DNA of 15,914 nucleotides from Octopus sinensis (Eukaryota): NCBI RefSeq assembly GCF_006345805.1, contig NW_021825443.1, positions 1 to 15,914 of the forward strand, read 5' to 3'. Shown piece by piece: positions 1 to 8,314 of this stretch (position 1 is its first letter; each line of letters starts with the position of its first letter). The notes under the pieces were generated by a model. It saw only the letters and a program-made list of their open reading frames with translations, ran no database searches and was not told where the DNA came from. The position numbers and the translations under genes were made by a program.

Positions 1-230
1 AGTAACTGTCATATACTGATGAGGAAGATGTGTAGTAGCTGCTACACTCCTATTAGAGGAAGAGATACCATAATAGTAATGTACTCATGAGGGCAGATGT
101 GTAGTAACTGTCATGATCCTGTTGAGGGCAAGGGTACCACAGCTGTTACTATTCAGTTGAGGGCAGAGATACAGCGACTGCCACACACTAGGGCAAATGT
201 GTAATGGCTGTCACACTTGGACTAGAGTGG
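1..230. repeat. Degenerate ~30-40 bp minisatellite (gagggcagatgtgtagtaactgtca-like units)
   Basis: Recurring motifs gagggca/gaggaaga, gatgtgtag and ctgtca at irregular ~30-40 bp spacing; the array runs off the left edge of the window. Confidence 0.6.
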
Positions 231-283
231 AGGTTCAGAAGCAGTCACCATCGAACAGAAGAGAGACTCAACAGCTGCTGCAC

Positions 284-484
284 TCCAGTTGGCCATGCAT
301 ACCAGCCTCCACTCCCCATGCCACTGATGTTATCCAAAGGTAAGGAAAAAGCCTATACAGCTTGGCACCAGTGATGTTGCAACTCATTTCTACAGCTGAG
401 TGAACTGGGGCAACATGAAATAAAGTGCCTTGCTCGAGAACACAACACACTGCCCAGTCTGATGCTGTAACCACTGAGCCATGC
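284..484 (-). mobile_element. tRNA-derived SINE, family B, partial, with the B-box deleted
   Basis: Matches the copy at 10111-10873 (acagcttggcacc...gcaactcatttctacagctgag...gaaataaagtg...aagaacacaacac). The A-box (rc tggctcagtgg) is present at the right end, but ~35 bp containing the B-box is missing compared with 10960-11040. Confidence 0.85.
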
Positions 485-487
485 AAT

Positions 488-488
488 G

Positions 489-570
<82 letters not shown>
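488..570. repeat. (TAA)n microsatellite; probable tail or target of the adjacent LINE
   Basis: Perfect taa run. Confidence 0.98.
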
Positions 571-571
<1 letters not shown>

Positions 572-990
572 TAATTCTTTTATTGGCCACAAGGGCTGAC
601 AAAAATTAATTATAACAAAAAAGGGATGAAACAGGACGAAAGGTTACAAAGGGTTTTGTCCGTTTGTAAAAAACCGTGTAAAAACAATGTAACAATAAAA
701 AATTATAACAACGAAAAACTCCCAGTAGGGGGAGGTGCTTCAAAAAGTTCCTGGTGGAAAAACCCATAAAAGCCACGGGAGCCTGGTCAAAAGGGGGGTA
801 GAGAGCCCCTTTCTCCTTTAATATTACCTTTTCAAATCACAGGTGTAGCCTCAGAATGGTTCCTTTCACACTGGCCATTCTTGCGACATTTATCCACCTT
901 TCAGAAAACTTGCTATCAGACAGCACTTCCCTCTCTACTCTCATCTTCCTTTTCAAGTGGAACTTGAAAAAGTTGATGAGGCCTGGACCA
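571..990 (-). mobile_element. 5'-truncated Tx1/L1-type LINE 3' end (ORF2 C-terminus plus 3'UTR)
   Basis: Minus-strand 983-837 reads GLINFFKFHLKRKMRVEREVLSDSKFSERWINVARMASVKGTILRLHL*, resembling the L1/Tx1 ORF2 C-terminal F..hLk.r.rvE....F..rW pattern. A ~265-bp UTR and a (TTA)n tail follow. Family assignment is from recall. Confidence 0.65.
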
Positions 991-993
991 AAG

Positions 994-1003
994 AATAATA
1001 ATG

Positions 1004-1034
<31 letters not shown>
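994..1034. repeat. (TAA)n microsatellite between two LINE fragments
   Basis: aataataatgataataataat... run. Confidence 0.95.
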
Positions 1035-1035
<1 letters not shown>

Positions 1036-1260
1036 TGTAAAGGTTGTGCCTATAATAATGGGTGCATTGGGAACTGTAGGCAATGAAAGAGACAAATGGT
1101 TGAAGATTGGAACGGAACTTCCTGTAGAGGGACAGGAAAGGTTATCAGGAGGGTCTTAAGCACTTGAAAGACTATTGAAATATTGTGGATATACCTAAGG
1201 TTAAAGGTAGGAACCTGCTACCCACAGGAATCCTGCGAAGAATAAGACTGAACTTGAGAA
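1035..1260 (+). mobile_element. 5'-truncated R4/Dong-like (restriction-like endonuclease) non-LTR retrotransposon 3' end, degenerate
   Basis: 1037 onward reads VKVVPIIMGALGTVGNERDKWLKIG, matching the vvPivIGALG.v motif of RLE-clade ORFs. After a deletion or frameshift, 1138-1167 reads KVIRRVLST*, matching the terminal arIlRrvL*. Confidence 0.75.
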
Positions 1261-1292
1261 AAATCAATATGAACAGCAATGACCACAGCTAC

Positions 1293-1900
1293 AATGATGA
1301 TGATGATGATGATGGTGGTGGAGGAGGAGGAGGAGGAGGAGAGGAGGAGGAGGAGAGGAGGAGGAGGAAGAGGAAGAGGAGGAAAAGGAGGAGGAAGAAT
1401 AGGAGGTAGAATAAGAGGAAGGAGAGGAGGGAGAGGAAGAAGAAGAAGAAGAAGAAGAAGGGGAAGAAGAGGAGACAGAAGAGGAAGGAGAGGAAGGAGA
1501 GGAGGGAGAGGAAGAAGAAGAGGAGGAAGAAGAAGAGGGAGAGGAGGAAGAAGAGGAGGGAGAGGAGGAAGAAGAGGAGGAAGACGAGGAAGAAGAAGAG
1601 GGAGAGGAGGAAGAAGAATAGGAGGTAGAATAAGAGGAAGGAGAGGAGGGAGAGGAAGAAGAAGAAGAGGGAGAGGAGGAAGAAGAAGAGGAGGAAGAAG
1701 AAGAGGAGGAAGAAGAAGAGGAGGAAGAAGAGGAGGGAGAGGAAGAAGAAGAAGAAGAAGAAGAAGGGGAAGAAGAGGAGAAAGAAAAGAGGAAGGAGAG
1801 GAGGGAGAGGAAGAAGAAGGGGAGGGAGAGGAGGAGGAAGAGGAGGAAGAAGAGGAGGGAGAGGAGGAGGAAGAGGAAGTGGAGGGAGAGGATGGGGAAT
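1293..1900. repeat. (GAT)n followed by a ~580-bp GAG/GAA polypurine low-complexity tract with internal higher-order duplications
   Basis: From ~1320 the + strand is almost all purine. The block gaagaataggaggtagaataagaggaaggagaggagggagaggaagaagaag recurs 219 bp apart (~1394 and ~1613). Confidence 0.95.
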
Positions 1901-2406
1901 GACAATGACAGCATGGTTGTGATTCTATTATATCTGCCAAACACAGCATCCAAAAAATCTCAATTAACGAACTTAATCATTTTCTGTCAAGTGAATAACA
2001 ACAACAACAACAATAATGATAATAAATAAAATTTTAAGACTTGAAGAGACAACAAAAAAAATCACCAAAAAAAAAAAAAAGCCATCCAGTTTTGTGAAAA
2101 TATTAAGAATCACCATTTATTTCTTGATGGCAATTTATAAATTCTTGAACCAAATTCATTTTTTTTTTTACAAGAAGCAACAGACTACTTGACCCCACCC
2201 CCACAGCACTGCATGACACACCACCCTCCTCACACACACAACAACTTCACAAATTGTTCATTTTTTAAAAGTAAAAGAGAACAGGAATTCTTACTCGGTG
2301 TCTGTGACTTCCCATACAAAATGATGGCACCGCCACAATAAATGGAATCACTTTTCAATATTGATTGCTCTCAATGTAAATTTATTTTATAATAAATTCA
2401 ACTAGT

Positions 2407-2467
2407 GTATTATATATATGCACTTGTGTGTATGCACATGTATGTCTGTGTGGTGTGTGTGTGTGAG

Positions 2468-2502
<35 letters not shown>

Positions 2503-2629
2503 ATATATATATGTATATATATATTTATATATATATGTATATATATATATTGTATATATATATATTTATGTATATATATATATATTTATGTATATATATA
2601 TATATGTATATATATATATGTATATATAT

Positions 2630-2668
<39 letters not shown>

Positions 2669-2718
2669 TTATATGTATATATATTATATATGTATATTAT
2701 ATATGTATATATATATAT

Positions 2719-2750
<32 letters not shown>

Positions 2751-2767
2751 TGTAATATATATATATT

Positions 2768-2799
<32 letters not shown>

Positions 2800-2838
2800 T
2801 AATATATATATATTTATATATGTATATATATATTTATA

Positions 2839-2878
<40 letters not shown>
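2407..2878. repeat. Compound (TG)n/(TA)n microsatellite
   Basis: Direct inspection. Confidence 0.98.
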
Positions 2879-2879
<1 letters not shown>

Positions 2880-2936
2880 GATTATCTATATATCAGTTTA
2901 TCTCTCTGTTTCTCTATCTAACTATTTATAATCATA

Positions 2937-2963
2937 TCATCATCATCATCATCATCATCATCA
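2937..2963. repeat. (CAT)n microsatellite
   Basis: Direct inspection. Confidence 0.95.
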
Positions 2964-3352
2964 CACCATCACCATTGTCTCAATGTGCACTTCTCTACTT
3001 CTTGTATAGGTCCATCATTTCTCTGTTTCCATGGGTATGAGTACGTAAGCATATATATATATATATATATATATGTGTAGATATGTAGATATCTATATAT
3101 GTACGTACATATGCTTTTATGCATGTATGTTTATATTTATATTTTTACATTTTTGAAATTATATGTTTATAATTAAATTCTAATATTTTTTTCAAATTTT
3201 TATATACATATTTTTTTCAGAATTACATTTATATATATATTTTTTGTATTTTTCAATTTTTTTAATTTCAATGCTTACATTCAGAAATAATCATATTTTG
3301 ATTTCTTGTTTTATATTTATATATATTTTATACAATATCTATTTTATCTATT

Positions 3353-3417
3353 TATTCATTTATTATCATTATTATCATTGCTATTATTATTATTGTTATT
3401 ATTATTATTATTATTAA

Positions 3418-3451
<34 letters not shown>
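3353..3451. repeat. (TTA/TCA)n microsatellite
   Basis: Direct inspection. Confidence 0.95.
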
Positions 3452-3556
3452 TAATTGAAATTCATGTAAAATGAAATCAATCACGCAGATTTTTGCTTCA
3501 TTAGATGTTGTCAGGAATTGCTCATCGATGCACAGTTTTGAAATCTCCAGGAAATT

Positions 3557-5017
3557 AAGAATATCTTTGTATCGGAAACAGCAATAGCCACAACCAGCCC
3601 TCCCTCTAATGACCTGGAGATGAGCCAATAAAAGGTGTTGCTATCCATGGTTGCTTGATTTCCAAAAAAGAAAATTAGCAATGAAATTACACATACAAGC
3701 ACAGACGTGGCCATACGGTAGAGAAGCTTGTTTACCAATTATACAGTCTTGGGTTCATTTTCGCAGTGTGCCACCTTTGGCAAGTGTCTTTTTCTAAAGG
3801 CCAGACCAGGTGTGGGCTACCTTTTTGAGTGGGTGTTCCAAAACTGGCAAAGAATATCTTTGTATCAGAAACAGCAATAGCCACAACCAGCCCTCCCTCT
3901 AATGACCTGGAGATGAGCCAATAAAAGGTGGTTGCTATCCATGGTTGCTTGATTTCCAAAAAAGAAAATTAGCAATGAAATTACACATACAAGCACAGAC
4001 GTGGCCATACGGTAGAGAAGCTTGTTTACCAATTATACAGTCTTGGGTTCATTTTCGCAGTGTGCCACCTTTGGCAAGTGTCTTTTTCTAAAGGCCAGAC
4101 CAGGTGTGGGCTACCTTTTTGAGTGGTGTTCCAAAACTGGCAAAGAATATCTTTGTATCAGAAACAGCAATAGCCACAACCAGCCCTCCCTCTAATGACC
4201 TGGAGATGAGCCAATAGGTGTTTGCTATCCATGGTTGCTTGATTTCCAAAAAAGAAAATTAGCAATGAAATTACATACAAGCACAGACGTGGCCATACGT
4301 AGAGAAGCTTGTTTACCAATCATACAGTCTTGGGTTCATTTTCGCAGCGTGCCACCTGTGGCAAGTGGGATCTTTTCCTGTTGAACGACACTTTGTAACA
4401 TAATTTCTAGGTAACTAAAAAGTTTTAAACTTCGTATACTGGTAGAATGTGTTTATAAAACATCATTTTCTCTTGGCTTTATTGAGAAAATTCTATATGT
4501 TGTAAGATATTTCGTCTTTAATTTCGAGCATTTCAGCAATTTTAACAAATCGCTGACGTCCATTTAGGTAAATAACATTCTGTGCATAATGAATATGTCC
4601 CTCCTTTAAGAAACAGATTGGGTTTATTTACATTTGTGAAGAAAAAAAGATACCCTTCCCCCACCCCTAACCCTAACTAACCCTAACTCTAACCCTAAAT
4701 CTAAAATAAATTGAAATGCAATAGATCGATACCAGGGCCATAATTATGTGTGACAATTTCATTTGACACCGCAAGAAAAAAATCCCATTTTCCGTAGCAG
4801 AATGTTACAACATAGAATTTTCTCAATAAAGCCAAGAAAAAATGATGTTTTATAAACACATTCTACAAGTATACGAAGTTTAAAAGTGTTTAGTTAACTA
4901 GAAATTGCGTTGAAAAGTGTCGTTCAAAAGGAAAAGATCCGGCAAGTGTCTTTTACTAAAGGCCAGACCGGGTGTGGGCTACCTTTTTGAGTGGGTATTA
5001 TTCCAAAACTGTCAAAG
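3557..5017. repeat. Three tandem ~293-bp units; the third is interrupted by a MITE
   Basis: aagaatatctttgtatc starts at 3557, 3850 and 4143. Unit 3 resumes at 4941 after the insertion. Each unit contains a decayed family-A SINE head (agcttgtttaccaa...gggttca...ggcaagtgtctt). Confidence 0.95.
4368..4940. mobile_element. 573-bp non-autonomous TIR element (MITE), Merlin-like
   Basis: TIRs 4368-4505 and 4805-4940 (GGATCTTTTCC...GGAAAAGATCC; 10 mismatches plus a 2-nt indel by manual alignment). 8-bp TSD ggcaagtg at 4360-4367 and 4941-4948. 5'-GG termini with an 8-bp TSD fit Merlin better than hAT; the superfamily call is inference. Confidence 0.9.
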
Positions 5018-5199
5018 TCTCTGACAAAAAATGTTTCCGTGTGCTAACCAAATTATTTGAAAACATATAAGGCTACTTGATATCTTGTTAAGAACTTCTG
5101 TTAATAAATGATAAAAAAATTACTATAGAGTAGTAAAACACAGTATATAATGATGGAAAATGTGTTTCTTCACCTTCAAAGTTACATCTAAGCAGAGAT

Positions 5200-5384
5200 G
5201 GAAAAAATCTCTGGAATGGCATTCCAAGTCCTTAATAATTCATTTTCCGCACTCCTCTCTAATCGCTTTTTTTTCAATATTTTCTAAGTCAACTCTAAGG
5301 TCAATAAATTTTTGCTTCCATATTGCGCTATTTTGAAATTCAACCAACTGCATTTCAAAATCAACCATTCTTTTCCATGAAAAT

Positions 5385-5417
<33 letters not shown>

Positions 5418-6200
5418 AAATTATTGTATACACTGCTCAGGTGCAACCACAACTTGTCAAAAGTGCATATAAGCATATGCAGTTAATGTACAAATGTCTG
5501 GGAAGTGAACACTGTATGAGTCAGATACATGCTTGTGTGTGTATGGAGGGGAGAAAATCAGGTGTAGTGTTGACGAATCTCAGAAAGCATGAATTTTGAA
5601 GGATGCAGTGTAAGTTTAGTTTTTCTAGTTTGGTAGTGTCTAGAAACTTCATGACTTTGCTGTCTCTTCCAGTTCCCTGAATTTAGCAAACCTTGAAAAA
5701 ACTGCTTCAACAGTTGACTCTATAATGTTTGCAAACAGTTTTTGAAGAAGTTTTTGGCGCTTTGTTCTGTCGTTTATGTATCTCTTTAGGTTTGGGAAGT
5801 ATCTAAATCTCTCATTGTCTGCTTCCCTCTTAAAAAACTTCTAGTTTCATTTCAAAAGCCTTTCTGTAACCAAACATAACATCAAGTGTCTTACCAGAGC
5901 CCTGTAATCTAACACTCAAGTCATTCAAATGTTCACAAAATTCTTCAGAAATCACCAGTTTATAAACTCACATGATGTCAGACAATTCTTGACAAGAAAC
6001 ACGTTGGTCATTCAAAAATAGCTTTATCTCATTTAAGCATTCAACAAATCATTTCAGAACCAAACCTCAGCTAAGCCATCGTACACTGTTGTACATTTTC
6101 AGTCCTTTATACATAGATTCTACCTCATTCTGCAAGTATATGGCATAATTATGATGTCCTTGCTGTAGCATGCATTGTGAGAAATTTTGAATAAGTAGGT
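5200..6200 (-). pseudogene. Decayed hAT transposase (SPIN/Buster, GTF2IRD2/EPM2AIP1-like), interrupted by a LINE tail
   Basis: Minus strand reads ESMYKGLKMYNSVRWLS*GLVLK*FVECLNEIKLFL (VRWLS*GL at 6084-6061), EHLNDLSVRLQG (LQG 5907-5899), KAFEMKLEVF, then a frameshift and FRYFPNL, FSRFAKFREL. Beyond the insertion it reads DFEMQLVEFQNSAIWKQKFIDLRVDLENIE and ENELLRTWNAIPEIF (WNAIP 5226-5212). Several stops are CGA>TGA. Outer limits are approximate. Confidence 0.88.
5387..5610 (-). mobile_element. CR1/L2-type LINE 3' end with a (TTA)n tail, inserted into the hAT pseudogene
   Basis: Minus strand reads TASFK / MLSEIRQHYT*, then a ~140-bp UTR and (att)n. The hAT peptide stops at 5611 and resumes below ~5386. 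The clade call is from recall of the element end. Confidence 0.6.
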
Positions 6201-6477
6201 GAGGTGGTTGTCTTGTTAATGAATTCCAGTTGTGGATGCAGAAACCAAAACACTGGTTGGGTCTGGGAGGAGATCATTAAATAAAGGTAAGCCTAATTTG
6301 TAATGTAAGATGTATCTGAGCAATAAAAAGTCACTATATACTATTGAGAAAAAGTTGTTAATTGGAGGGTTACTAGACAGAAGATTTCGCATGCCAGAAA
6401 CAAGACATTGGCATGCCGTGTTTAGCACGTGTTTCGTGAGTGGGTTTTGTAGATGGAAATATACAGAAGTCTGTTAT

Positions 6478-6652
6478 GGAACTTGTGGTTGAGAGAGAGA
6501 CCCAGGTAGACATGGGATGAAGTATTGAAGACATGGGACAAAGTACTGAGGGCTGCTACACATCTGCCCTCAAGATGATGGGGCCTTACAGAGGGGTTGA
6601 CAAAGGACTGAGATGTCAGTTGCTTTATTGTGATTGAGAAAACCCATCCAAC
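6478..6652 (+). mobile_element. Degenerate RTE-clade LINE 3' ORF fragment
   Basis: GTCG then, in a shifted frame at 6492-6530, RERPR*TWDEVLK, which matches the RTE C-terminal G.r.RGRPrktW motif. Confidence 0.6.
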
Positions 6653-6776
6653 ACAACACAACTGATATCCTAAAATCACCTTAAATGCTTGTACATGCAA
6701 GGGCTCCGTCCCTTCTCCATTTTCACTGCCTCACCAAGCATCTCATCCCCAACTCTCATAACTTCTCTATCCACAA

Positions 6777-6920
6777 CAGTGTTTCTCAACCATTTTTCAC
6801 TAATGGACCCCTTTGATTCCAAGGGTCATATGAACAACAGTTGAGTACTCCACCCCTCAAATCTCTTCACCAACACTCACCACTTCACTCTCTAAGACTG
6901 TTTCTCAACCACTTTTTGCC
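6777..6920. mobile_element. Two hAT/Charlie-like terminal remnants
   Basis: cagtgtttctcaaccatttt at 6777 and ctgtttctcaaccactttt at 6898 resemble CAGTGTTTCTCAA-type hAT TIR starts. No partner TIR was found. Confidence 0.35.
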
Positions 6921-7110
6921 TGTTTCAAATTTTGGCACAGGGGCAGAAAATTCAGGGAAGCGGGTAAGTCAATTACATCGAACCCTTTGCTACACTGATT
7001 TTATTGGCCCTGAAAGGATGAAAGCAGAATTTGAACTCAGAATGTAAAAAGGGACAACACGTCACTAAGTATTTTGCCTGGTGTGCTAACGATTCTGCCA
7101 GCTCATTACT
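6921..7110 (-). mobile_element. SINE family D, degenerate
   Basis: ccctgaaaggatgaaag...cagaatttgaactcagaa...gtgctaacgattctgccagctc aligns to 14657-14891. Confidence 0.85.
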
Positions 7111-7155
7111 TTAGATGTGAAGTACATATTTTTATTTATTTTTATTTATGCACCC

Positions 7156-7250
7156 TTTTAAAGCCTAGCAAGGCTCATGGGCCCGGTTTCCCGGTTTCTA
7201 TGGCGTATGTGTTCCCCCAGCTGGACGGGACACCAGTTCATCGCAGCGTT
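7156..7250 (-). mobile_element. SINE 3' fragment (probable family-B variant)
   Basis: GC-rich block ggcccggtttcccggtttctatggcgtatgtgttcccccagctggacgggacaccagttcatcgcagcgtt recalled as a SINE body/tail; there is no second copy in the window. Confidence 0.45.
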
Positions 7251-7339
7251 GTGAGGTACATATAGGCTTTGATTTTTGGTAAATGGCCAACACCTTGAGG
7301 CAGGAGCAGGTGTAAGCACTCAAATGGTATTTACTTTAT

Positions 7340-7630
7340 TGATGCCAGCGCCGCCTAGACTGGCTTCCGTGCCGGTGGCACGTGAAAAGCACCACCCGAA
7401 CGTGGCTGATGCCAGCGCCGCCTTGACTGGCTTCCGTGCCAGTGGCACGTAAAAAGCACCCACTACACTCACGGAGTGGTTGGCGTTAGGAAGGACATCC
7501 AGCTGTAGAAACACTGCCAGATCAGACTGGGGCCTGGTGCAGCCTTCTGGCTTCCCAGATCCCCGGTCGAACTGTCCAACCCATGCAAGCATGGAGAACG
7601 GACGTTAAACGATGATGATGATGATGATGA
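7340..7630 (+). mobile_element. Retroelement 3' end (RTE-associated) with a 67-bp internal tandem duplication and a (GAT)n tail
   Basis: tgatgccagcgccgcc... starts at 7340 and 7407, followed by ggttggcgttaggaaggacatccagctgtagaaac and ending in ggacgttaaac(gat)n. Confidence 0.75.
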
Positions 7631-7750
7631 CCCCTAAAAGGATAAAAGGCAAAGTTGACTTTGGCAGAATTTGAACTCAGAACGTACAACATACAAAATG
7701 CCTCTAAGCATTTTGTCTGGCATGCTAACGATTCGGCCATCTCACTGCTT
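7629..7750 (-). mobile_element. SINE family D, 5' half
   Basis: aaaggataaaaggcaaagttgactttggcagaatttgaactcagaacg...gctaacgattc aligns to the other D copies. Confidence 0.85.
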
Positions 7751-8106
7751 TTCTATGTCTAAATATCAAAATCAATTTGAATATTTGTTTTAATATCACT
7801 TAATAAAGATTATTTCTTGATTTGCTTACGTATTGAAATGTGCGTACATCTTAATTACATTTATCTCAAGACATCAAACGAGGTTTATTGTAACATTACC
7901 ATTCATATGTCAATAAAATTGTACAAATTAAAGTATCTAATATACTTATATTCACACAACGCATACTCACCTGCTCACTCACTCACACATACAGATACAT
8001 GCATATATATATATGGATATGCATTGAATTTATGCAAATACATTTGTGTCTGAACTCACAAGGTACGTGAAAGTACAGCACAAAGCTGCTGTACTGTAAC
8101 AAGCAC

Positions 8107-8253
8107 TTAATTGCGACACCTGAACATGAATACCGCAACTGGAACAAAAACGGCAAGTCGTTTTCTAGCTTCAAATGCTGATGTGAGTCCCATGGTCATT
8201 GCAAAAATAATAAACAGAAACATGATAACTTTGCCAGTGGTAGTCATACTCAT
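8107..8253 (-). CDS. Candidate 48-aa small secreted or membrane peptide, or an exon of one
   Basis: MSMTTTGKVIMFLFIIFAMTMGLTSAFEARKRLAVFVPVAVFMFRCRN*. A splice-acceptor-like ttttggtttgttag lies immediately before the ATG. The pattern is n-region K, hydrophobic core, TSA cleavage motif, RKR. The DNA is apparently non-repetitive. Confidence 0.45.
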   Translation of the reverse strand: MSMTTTGKVIMFLFIIFAMTMGLTSAFEARKRLAVFVPVAVFMFRCRN

Positions 8254-8314
8254 CTAACAAACCAAAAGCTGTCATATGTATATGTGTGTGTATATCTATA
8301 TATATATATATATA

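Noticed and set aside
353-602. ORFs with poly-Ile or poly-Tyr
   Set aside because: Read-through of (TAA)n and SINE sequence.
856-1086. 76-aa plus-strand ORF with a hydrophobic start
   Set aside because: Antisense of the Tx1-like ORF end running into (TAA)n.
1185-1953. 200-240 aa ORFs rich in G/R/E, P/L or S
   Set aside because: All frames are open because the tract lacks T on one strand; the composition changes with slippage, as expected for low-complexity DNA.
2405-2921. YI/CV-repeat ORFs (also 11573-12400)
   Set aside because: Dinucleotide microsatellite translations.
3356-3959. Minus-strand ORFs of 75-90 aa
   Set aside because: They run through tandem repeat units and (TTA)n; no recognisable motif or consistent splice signals.
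3557-4367. Tandem array as a CRISPR-like or satellite system
   Set aside because: The units are full-length near-identical duplicates with no unique spacers, in eukaryotic DNA.
6200-6470. ORFs at 6216-6428 and 6310-6492
   Set aside because: Short and overlapping, with no motif recognised; likely decayed repeat or unique non-coding DNA.
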